Shown here piece after piece: positions 23,581-33,200 of a stretch of 64,000 nucleotides of DNA. The stretch is from Flectonema sp. DT1601 (taxonomy: Eukaryota), in contig OZ025796.1 in the NCBI GenBank assembly GCA_964019425.1, positions 620,001-684,000 on the forward strand. The letters are read 5' to 3'. Both the position numbers and the translations under genes were made by a program. Under the pieces are notes generated by a model, which was not told where the DNA came from, did no database searches, and was given only the letters and a program-made list of their open reading frames with translations. How positions within the stretch are numbered: the first letter of the stretch is position 1; each line of letters opens with the position of its first letter.

Positions 23581-26500
23581 GGTCTGATCACTTACCTCTT
23601 GCTGCAGTCTTTGACACGTTCTCACCGCTGGAAACAGTGAACAACCAGGCATCGAAAAAATCAGTCTGGGACTTTAATACAGCTGATTGGTACTCGTTCC
23701 GTCTTGATTTGGATTACCGACTTAGCAAGGTGAACAGTCCTCCGAAGGTGGGTATCAGAGCGGCAACATTTAACCGTATCCTGCTTCATGTGGCGAAGAA
23801 GAACATCCGCAGAAGGCTCAGGATCCAGGGTAAGAGGAGGAGATTGTGGAATTCCTCAACCCCTGAGACCAAACAAGCGAAGGGAAAATTCGTTGCTGAG
23901 AAACTTGCACAAGGTGAAGGTTTTGCATTCGCCTTCAAGAAGATTAAGGACCTGGATGCCGATGGGGGTCAAGACATCCAAATCCCTGAATTCAGTGAGG
24001 ACCAACTCCCCAGTAAATTTCTCGATCAGTTCGTTAAGACCTCTGTCAGGAAACGTTTGAAATCTCCGAAGCTGAAGCCAAGTGATTACGCAGGTGCTTG
24101 TGGACCTCTGGTGATGTCTGAGCTTGAGCGCGCTATCAAGAAGGTAAAAGCTGGTAAGGCTCCTGGTCCTGATGGAATCCATGGGGCGATGCTGAAGAAC
24201 CTATCAGCAACCGGTAGATGATTTCTCTTATCGGTATTCAACGACTCCTGGCTCTCAGCTAGAGTTCCGAAGGTCTGGAAAGAGGGTATGATTAAACCGG
24301 TATACAAACCGGGTAAACCCAAAGAAAAGCTATCCAGCTACAGGCCGATCACGTTGACATCTGTAGTCGGTAAAATGCTTGAACGGATAATTTACGACAG
24401 GCTAATGTATTGGTTGACGTCAAATAATGCCTTGTCCTCCATTCAGGCAGGTTTCAGAAGGGGTAGGAATACTTGCGAGCAAATCTCACTGCTGGTCAAT
24501 GCGCTTCATGGTGCGAGAAAAGGTGGCAAGAGTTCGATACTGCTCTCTTTCGACTTCACTGAGGCATTTGATAGGATAAATCATGTTAAACTGATTGCTA
24601 AAATGGTGGCGATGGGGATTCCTTCACCATTCATCGGATGGGTCGCTAACTTTCTGACGCGAAGGAAGGCAAAGGTTAGTGTCAATGGCAATCTGAGCGC
24701 ATACAGAACTGTGACGAAAGGTGTTCCGCAAGGGTCGATTGTTGGGCCTCTCCTTTATCTGATATATGTCGACGACCTGGCTAAGACACTTGAGAAGACT
24801 GGATGTGTTTCAGCACTCTACGCAGACGACACAGCTTGTGTGGTATCGAATAAGGATTTTAAAGTAACTTACCGGATGGCGCAATTAGTCCTTGGGTTAG
24901 TGGATCGTTGGTGCAAAGATAATGACATGGCACTGTCGGTTTCGAAGACCTGCGGGATGCCGGTGGACTGTCCTAGGAATATGTATTGGAGGCTGGGATT
25001 CCCCAGAACGTCAGGAGAGAACTTCTTTCGGATCAGTAGGGAGGAACTGGCTGGGATGATTCGGTCAAATGAAGAAGGTAGGCCATTACTTGGAAATGGG
25101 GCGATGATCCTCAAGCTGGGTGATACGGAGGTTACGAAGGCAAGTGATCTTCTAGAAATGATGCCAGTGGGACCGGATCCGACCTGGGTGAAGTTGCTGA
25201 CTGCCGTACTCATGCCGATGGTGGATAGTGTAAAGTACTTGGGTGTCCATATTTACATATGGTACACAAGTGGATAAACTACTGGATGAGACGAGGAAGG
25301 GACTTGTACTGCTTCGAAAGTTAGAGCTATTCAACTTTGATTTCAAAACGCTGAACATGATCAAGAACTTATACATCCTCTCAAGGATTCTGTATGGGCT
25401 TGAGAGCTATGGACCTTTCTTGACAGATGAACAGCTAAAACCTATTGACCTGAATCTGAGGAAGATAGCTAGAAAGATCACCGGCTGCGGCTTCAACACA
25501 AGGTCCCTTCCGTTACTGTGGGAGGCGAACATACTCCCGATGAGACTGCAGATTGAGAAGCTGGCCAGGATAGCTTTGTTCCGGTATCGATCACTGGATT
25601 GGGTTCCTTCTACGAAGGGAATCGCTAGTGGAACTTGGAGTTCAACTTTACCGGCTGAGGACCGTAATATGGAGATCCAAGGGATTGTCACGCCCGACAG
25701 CATCGAGCCATGGATAGATGTTCCGAACCTGGAGATATCTTGCAGATATGGACATTCGAAGACCGGTGTTGCTGAAGTGGACAAGGCTAAGTTCGAGGAG
25801 TACTGCAGCGAACTTAGGCCATGTACCTCGTCCATTTTTGTTGACGGATCCCACGACCCTGTCAACTACACGGCAGGCGCAGCAGCAGTGCAGATCACGC
25901 CGTGTGAACGGACCATGGCATCGAGACTTGTTGCAACGGAAAGTAGTTATAAAGCTGAACAGGTAACTCTGAAGCTGTTAATAAGTGAATTTGGAAAAGC
26001 AACCTCTGTCTTGGGTCCCAGATCTGGAATCACGAGAGTCTTCAGTGATTCTAAATCCAATCTGGATGAGCTGCGTGGTGGAATTGCGGCTCAGAGGAAG
26101 CTGAACTCTCTCTCGATACTAGAAGGGATAAGAAAATTAGACTCATTCGTACACCTTCAATTCATCCCAGCTCACGTGGGAATTGAACCGCATGACAAGG
26201 CAGATGAACTGGCGAAAAAGATCTCAAAAGATGTTAAGAGCAAGCCGGTGTCAACGACCATGGACTTCTTCTCACATAAGTCAAGGATAGCGAGGGAAGC
26301 TAACAGAAAGCTGTTTGGTAAGATTATGGAGGGTTCAACAAGGGCGAAACCACCGATCAAACGGGTGATGCTTAGGCAATATCTTGATGCTACCGGAGGC
26401 CTTGAGAGCGGCTCGATACCCCAAGGACATGCTGAGAGAATCAGAGATAAGGATAGCCAGGTTCAGAACGGGCTCTCACCCCCTGCTCAGGGTAAATGAA

Positions 26501-26994
26501 CTACCGATAAAGTGCCGTGGTCCGCATTAGAGAAGGAACAATAAGATCAAACATTCAGGAAGCGAGAATCTCCGAGACCAAGCTAAATCTTTCAATAATG
26601 TTTGCGACGAGAAATCTTCACGCCCTAGCAGGCTACTTATGGCATTTGGAACAACGAACAGGCTTATCAAACTGTTAACTGATTGGTAGTTGCTAATTCA
26701 TTAGTATCATTCTCCCTTATCACACTCCTTAATCACCTCCTAATTTCTCTGAGGACATCCGCAGAGCTTCATGGCTCGTAGGTAACCCAGTGGTCTTTGG
26801 CCACCGTCCCTGTACTGATCCTTCGCTTTATATTAACTGTGTCTTGAGATTCCTATCCGGGGAAGTCCTCCAACGGACTCAGGACTTTGCGGGTTTGCGG
26901 GTAAGAAGGGCAAGAATGCTCAGAATGAAGAAAAATAAAGTGGAAAGACAGGGGGGATGTGACTAAATAAATAAATAATAAATAAATAAAAAAA
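23581..26994 (+). mobile_element. LINE-B copy 2 (5'-truncated; nonsense TGA 24219-24221, same frameshifts, Zn-finger deletion near 26515)
   Basis: Tandem to copy 1; ORF 25243-26499 encodes the same peptide as 21740-22996. Confidence 0.9.
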
Positions 26995-27017
26995 GATTCT
27001 TTTATAAAGAATCTTTT

Positions 27018-27521
27018 TGTGACTACGCTGAATGCTGCGGATTGTTGGAGAGATCGCGTCGTGGGAAAGAGAAGAGGAAAAGGAAATCACGGGGATCGCG
27101 ATCGAAAAACGATGCCATGTGAGAAGCATGAAACGGAAAGTGAATGAACGGAAAAAATTAAATGTAAAGAAGTGAACTTGTAAAAAATGTAAAGAAGCAA
27201 ACATGTGAAACGAAAAATGAAAAAAAAAAAGAAGAGTGAAAAGGAAGACAGAGTTGTATGTAAACTGTATGTAAATGTAAGAAGAAAGAAAAAACACGCT
27301 GGAAGTGGGAGTGCAACCATCAGCGCAAACACAACCACAAATATTGTTTTTTTTCCTTTTTCTTTTCTTCGCTTCGACGACAGATATGGTAGGACCTAGA
27401 AAACCGGCCCAAAACTTGTGTTGCAGTTTATCTTTTTAGCGCACACTCATGTAACATGAGGATCGCTGGTTCCGAGGGTTTGCTCTCCTGCCATACTTGC
27501 CTCTCACCCTCAAAAAAAAAA
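27018..27521 (+). mobile_element. 5'-truncated 3' end of RLE element 1
   Basis: Nearly identical to ~42022-42540, including poly(A). Confidence 0.9.
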
Positions 27522-27601
27522 GAATTAATAAAAATAAAAGATTTATTATTCTCCGCTTTAGTCCGAAGACTCTGCGGAGAAAAAAATTATTTATTTACTA
27601 C

Positions 27602-28092
27602 CATAGATGGAAGTGCCCTCCAAATTTGGAGGGCGCCTGGTGAAAATCAGCCACAAAAATTTGTAGGGCCAAAATAGGGCGCGTAGGACGCTTTTTAAAT
27701 TAAATTTAATATAATGCCGAGCTCATTTTAACACACCCCTGCCCTCAGCGAGGTCGAATCGCGTCGAGTTTCAGCTTCAGGGATTGCAGCAGGCTCCGGA
27801 AGCTCTCAAGGAGTGGCCCATTGTTTTTTGCCATCGTTGACTCCGAACCATGACCTGGAGGTCTCGGGTTCGAACCCCGTGACACCCTTTTTTCTCTTTC
27901 TCGAAAGACTGCCAAGCATGTCAAAAAAAAAATTTTGGCTTCTGCGTCAAAATACTTGTGTGTCAGTGTAAGTCCCCGTCAATTTAGCTGTCTTATAGTA
28001 ATAAAAAAGGTAGAAAAAAGCGCCCTCCAAAATAATATTTATATTAAAAGCGCCCTACACGCCCTCCAAATTTTAGGGCACTTCCATCTATG
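27602..28092. mobile_element. MITE with CATAG termini (P-element-like)
   Basis: TIR CATAGATGGAAGTGCCCT (perfect 18 bp, extends imperfectly to ~33 bp); flanks TTACTAC / TAACTAC resemble a 7-bp TSD. Confidence 0.7.
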
Positions 28093-28242
28093 TAACTACG
28101 GTATTTATTTAATCACGCGTGTGATCAGATCTCTCCTGGTTAATCCAAGACCCGGTGCAAAGACGACAAAAACAGTGTTAAATTAGAAAAGTTTTACCGA
28201 TTTGTTAATGCATCGAGCTTGACAAAATTAAAAAAATAAAAC

Positions 28243-28314
28243 TGCGCTCACCGGGAGTCGAACCCGGGCCGCTCGCTTGGAAGGCGAGAATACTAACCGT
28301 TATACCATGAGCGC
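28243..28314 (-). tRNA. tRNA-Gly(TCC), identical to 8902-8973
   Basis: Same 72-nt cloverleaf, different flanks. Confidence 0.95.
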
Positions 28315-28381
28315 GTATATACATCATTTTCTTTTATCTATTAGTAGAGGTGGCGGTATAATCACCATGGTGAAGAGAGGC

Positions 28382-28421
28382 TTCTGTACTTCTGTACTTC
28401 TGTACTTTCTGTACTTTATTG
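28382..28421 (+). other. Stuttered spliced-leader remnant (TTCTGTAC)x3 + TTTCTGTACTTTATTG
   Basis: Last 16 nt equal the 3' end of the SL at 29271-29309. Confidence 0.85.
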
Positions 28422-28478
28422 ATTTCGCAACCTAATATTGGTAAGAATCAGTGGGTACGTTTCACAGGAAAAGCAATT

Positions 28479-29272
28479 ATGAGAGACAACCTGAGGAGGT
28501 TAGTATCGGAGGCTATGAACCTCCTGAAGATGGTGGGAGATGATGGGATCCCCGAGTATGAGAAAGAGAAAAGAGTAGCGAATCTCCTGATGGAGGTTAT
28601 CCAGTTCGTGACGGGGTCGGAAGGTGGGAACCCTGAGATGAAAAGAAGAAGACCGGACACTCCCGAAGTGGGTGGTGGGACGGATGCGACCGCGACGGCA
28701 ACCGAAGCGACGGCCCCTACCGCAGGCAGCAATCAACCGACAACAGAGGCGTCTACAGCTTCTAATCAACAGACAACATCGGCACCTAAACAATCAACCT
28801 TTTCGTTTCCGCTGCCTGTACCATCATCAACATCGACTAAACAAACCACAAAGGGGAATGCTAAAGCAAGCTACCCGGAATGGCATGTACACGGCGCGTG
28901 GGCGGGCACTGTGTCTACAATCAACTACGACGTAGCAGCGAATGCTACCAACAATCTCGCATCGGGTCTTGTTTTAGTACGCTCTAAACAGGACTGGGAA
29001 GCTCTCCGTCAGACAAAGAAGAGTGGTCGATGGGCTGCAATCAGCAAAGTACCGCTAACCAAAAGCACGGTGCCTGTCGCCATACCGGTGATCAAAAAGG
29101 GTGGTGTCTGCGAAATCAGACGAGTCTTCTACACGCATATCTGTGGTGAAGATTTTTCCAAAGCCACATCCGAAATTCAACATCCGACACCCGACCCCGT
29201 CTTGTTTGTTCAGGATTGGGGCAAATCAAGTGAAAAAGATCTAACGATCAAAACAAAGGAACTGCTAAAAAA
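28479..29272 (+). pseudogene. LINE-C ORF1, N-terminal half (interrupted)
   Basis: Homologous to the minus-strand copy at ~1990-2732; breaks at ...KELLK. Confidence 0.85.
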
Positions 29273-29309
29273 CCAACGATTCTAAAGCTACAGTTTCTGT
29301 ACTTTATTG
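29271..29309 (+). other. Complete 39-nt spliced-leader exon fused to kinase 5' UTR
   Basis: AACCAACGATTCTAAAGCTACAGTTTCTGTACTTTATTG has the euglenozoan SL length and conserved 3' half; not followed by the GT intron of an SL RNA gene. Confidence 0.92.
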
Positions 29310-29342
29310 CCCCTCCCCCTCCCCCGCTCCACAGCTGACAAC

Positions 29343-30263
29343 ATGCCAAAGCGCATCGGCAAGTATGAATTGGGTAAGACCCTGGGAGCTGGAACATTCT
29401 CAAAGGTAAAAGAAGGATGTGATGTTGAGAATGGTACTAAGTACGCAGTCAAGATTGTTGACAAACAATTACTAACTAAGGGACACATGGAACAACAACT
29501 CAAGCGAGAGATCGCAATTATGAAATTACTCGATCACCGAAACGTATTAAAGATGGTTGACGTGCTACAGACTGGTAAGAATATTTATTTAATCCTTGAC
29601 CTGTTGACTGGAGGTGATCTCTTCGACAGATTAGAGCAGGCGAAGAGATTCGAAGAGGACGTTGCTCGCAAATACTTCCAGCAGCTTATCTCTGGACTCT
29701 ACTACCTCCACGCCCAAGGAATCGCTCACAGAGATTTAAAGCCGGAAAACCTTTTGCTTGATACTAACAACATTATTTTTATCGCTGATTTCGGTTTCTC
29801 TCGTTTACTGAATAACCAACAACTCCTTAATACTGTTTGTGGTACTCCTAACTACATGGCACCAGAAGTTTTAAAAGAAAAAGGATATGACGGTAAGAAA
29901 GCTGACATCTGGTCAGCTGGAGTAATCCTTTACGCGATGCTTGCGGGATACCTTCCTTTTGATGATCCAAATATGAACGTCCTCTGTGATAAGATTGAAG
30001 CAGGTGAGTACAGAATGAGTCGGAAGTTCAGTCCAAACGCTGCTGACTTCATTAAGAGAATGCTTACTGTTGATCCTGATAAACGGATAACACTAGAACA
30101 GATGATTGAGCATCCGTTCTTTGTACCTGACTTTGACAAAGAGTATTTTATTAAATGTTGTGGTAAGGCAGTTAACCCGAGCCAAGACCAAATTGACAGC
30201 GCCTGGTCAGTGTGCAAGGAAGACGAGAAAAACAGCCCAACCGCTAAGAAGATTCAGCGATGA
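29343..30263 (+). CDS. Ser/Thr protein kinase (CAMK-like, SNF1/CIPK type), intronless retrocopy with intact ORF
   Basis: GAGTFS, AVK, HRDLKPEN, DFG, CGTPNYMAPE, DIWSAG motifs; preceded by SL plus 33-nt UTR. Confidence 0.93.
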   Translation: MPKRIGKYELGKTLGAGTFSKVKEGCDVENGTKYAVKIVDKQLLTKGHMEQQLKREIAIMKLLDHRNVLKMVDVLQTGKNIYLILDLLTGGDLFDRLEQAKRFEEDVARKYFQQLISGLYYLHAQGIAHRDLKPENLLLDTNNIIFIADFGFSRLLNNQQLLNTVCGTPNYMAPEVLKEKGYDGKKADIWSAGVILYAMLAGYLPFDDPNMNVLCDKIEAGEYRMSRKFSPNAADFIKRMLTVDPDKRITLEQMIEHPFFVPDFDKEYFIKCCGKAVNPSQDQIDSAWSVCKEDEKNSPTAKKIQR

Positions 30264-30294
30264 GGGAAGAAATTCATCATTGTTTGTTCGTATT

Positions 30295-33200
30295 ATGTTG
30301 CCACGCAACGACACGGAGCTTACCAGCAGAATGGTAAAGGAACATCCCAATGGGACAGCTCCGGGGAGCTACGCGGAGGCTGGGCCTGGAGCACTCACGG
30401 TGTCGTACTCGGGGAGTGGACACGACGTGTTTGGCGAAGGGACAGCTCCAGGGAGCTGTGCGGAGGCTGGGCCTGGAGCATTCACGGTGTCGTACTCGGG
30501 GAGTGGACACAACGTGTTTGGCGAAGGGACAGCTCCGGTGAGCTATGCGGAGGCTGGGCCTGGAGCACTCACGGTGTCGCACTCGAGGAGTGGACATAAT
30601 GTGTTTGGCGAAGGGACAGCTCCGGGGAGCTACGCGGAGGCTGGGCCTGGAGCACTCACGGTGTCGTACTCGGGGAGTGGACACAAGGTGTTTGGCGAAG
30701 GGACAGCTCCGGTGAGCTATGCGGAGGCTGGGCCTGGAGCACTCACGGTGTCGCACTCGAGGAGTGGACATAGTGTGTTTGGCGAAGGGACAGCTCCGGG
30801 GAGCTACGCGGAGGCTGGGCCTGGAGCACTCACGGTGTCGTACTCGGGGAGTGGACACGACGTGTTTGGCGAAGGGACAGCTCCAGGGAGCTGTGCGGAG
30901 GCTGGGCCTGGAGCATTCACGGTGTCGTACTCGGGGAGTGGACACAACGTGTTTGGCGAAGGGACAGCTCCGGTGAGCTATGCGGAGGCTGGGCCTGGAG
31001 CACTCACGGTGTCGCACTCGAGGAGTGGACATAATGTGTTTGGCGAAGGGACAGCTCCGGGGAGCTACGCGGAGGCTGGGCCTGGAGCACTCACAGTGTC
31101 GTACTCGGGGAGTGGACACGACGTGTTTGGCGAAGGGACAGCTCCAGTGAGCTACGCGGAGGCTGGGCCTGGAGCATTCACGGTGTCGTACTCGGGGAGT
31201 GGACACAAGGTGTTTGGCGAAGGGACAGCTCCGGGGAGCTGTGCGGAGGCTGGGCCTGGAGCACTCACGGTGTTGTACTCGGGGGGTAGACACAAGGTGT
31301 TTGGCGAAGGGACAGCTCCGGGGAGCTGTGCGGAGGCTGGGCCTGGAGCACTCACGGTGTTGTACTCGGGGGGTAGACACGACGTGTTTGGCGAAGGGAC
31401 AGCTCCGGTGAGCTATGCGGAGGCTGGGCCCGGAGCATTCACGGTGTTGTACTCGGGGAGTAGACACAAGGTGTTTGGCGAAGGGACAGCTCCGGGGAGC
31501 TGTGCGGAGGCTGGGCCTGGAGCACTCACGGTGTCGTACTCGGGGAGTGGACACAACGTGTTTGGCGAAGGGACAGCTCCGGGGAGCTACGCGGAGGCTG
31601 GGCCTGGAGCACTCACAGTGTCGTACTCGGGGAGTGGACACAACGTGATTGGCGAAGGGGCGGCTCCGGTGGGCTGTGCGGAGGCTGGGCCTGGAGCACT
31701 CGCGTTGGTGCCGTACTCGAGGAGTAGACACAATGTGTTTGGCGAAGGGGCAGCCCCGAGGAGGTATGCGGAGACGGGGCCTAGAGAACCCACGCTCGTG
31801 TCGTACACGAGGAGGGGGCACAGCCAGTCGAAGACAAACCGCACACTAGGGGCAGGGAGTGAGACGGCATCAACGCGGGGGCCTGGGATGAACACGACAA
31901 TGGCACACGAACAGGAGTATACAAAGAGGTGGCGGGCCATGTTGGAATTAGAGATACTCAGGGATATGCCGGGTCTAGGGACACATATGGCAACAGGAAT
32001 ATTACCGTCTTTAGCATGTCAAAAACTGGAGCCCACGATATGGTTATTCCCTCAGCCAAAGCTAGTGGGTTGTGCGGGAACGAATGAGACCGAGAGGTAT
32101 CAGGAAGAAATCACGCAACAGGTGAGGGGGCCAAACCGGGCGAGCGACAGGTGGAGACTGAGTCCACCAGCGCGATGGCACAAGAAACAAGAGAAGAAGC
32201 GGGAAAAGGCCCGGAAAACGAAAAGTGGGGGACGAACAAAGGAAGAGAGAGCGCCGGAAGATGAACAGTCGACGTCAAAGCCGAGAAGCAGTTGCAAGCA
32301 GCAGCCCCACGAGATGAGAGGTGGGGGTGCGAGCTGCCCAGTGTGTGAGTGGTCTGGGACGGAGAATGGCCTGCTGGCACACATAGATGGGAAGCATAAA
32401 GGTCAATTGGGACAGGACCAGTGGGCTGACTGCGGCATGAAGGCGTGCGGACACTGCGGACGAGCAATGAAGGGGACGGCCAGTATGCACCCAAGGTGTA
32501 GGAAGTTGAGCAGCTCCAGAGAGGTGGAGGGGGAAGCAACGCCAAGCACGTCCATAGAACTACAGAGGGAGTTCCCGAGAGTCAGTGTAACCAAGACTAA
32601 GGGGGATGGGGACTGTATGTTCCGAGCAATCCTACTGGCGAAGGGAGAATGGAATCGGCGAGTGGGTGCGAGGGTGCTGCGGAAGAGACTCGCGGAATAC
32701 ATGAGAGGTGAAGAGAGGACGGACCAATGGTTCGTCAACGGACTGGCCAAGGAGGACTACGCTGTACGACTGGAGAACAAGGGATGGGGGGACAACGTAG
32801 CGCTGCAGGTTGCGGCGGACCAGATGGGAGTAGTGATCATAGTGTGGGAGGCGGGGAGACTCCTAAAGATGCTGCCCCTGAGAAGGACTGAGGACATCCC
32901 GCTGTGGATAGTGCTGGATAAAGAACACTACGAGGCAGTGCTCCAAGCGGACGCCGAAATGCTCAATCGGGTGGAGGAGAGAGCCGAGGCGGTGTATGTG
33001 CTGAAGCTCTCCGAACAAACGGCTGAAGAGGCTGCGGTGAGGATAGGCCTGGGGACGGGACCAAGCGCGGGACTGAGGGGGTCTGGGCCTTACTACTGCC
33101 CCAGGGGAGAATGCTCGCGATCACGCGCCCAGCGATTTGAGGGATATAAGAACTGGGGAGGACTATTAGGCCACTTGAACAAGGAGCACCTCCTGTCAGA

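Noticed and set aside
28384..28480. HDV-like ribozyme / 77-nt ingi signature at LINE 5' ends
   Set aside because: No matching sequence or nested pseudoknot could be identified by eye; a covariance-model search would be needed to exclude it.
30106..30294. Kinase-RLE fusion protein
   Set aside because: The kinase ends at TGA 30261-30263 in a different frame; the listed 30106 start is a non-ATG codon within the kinase.
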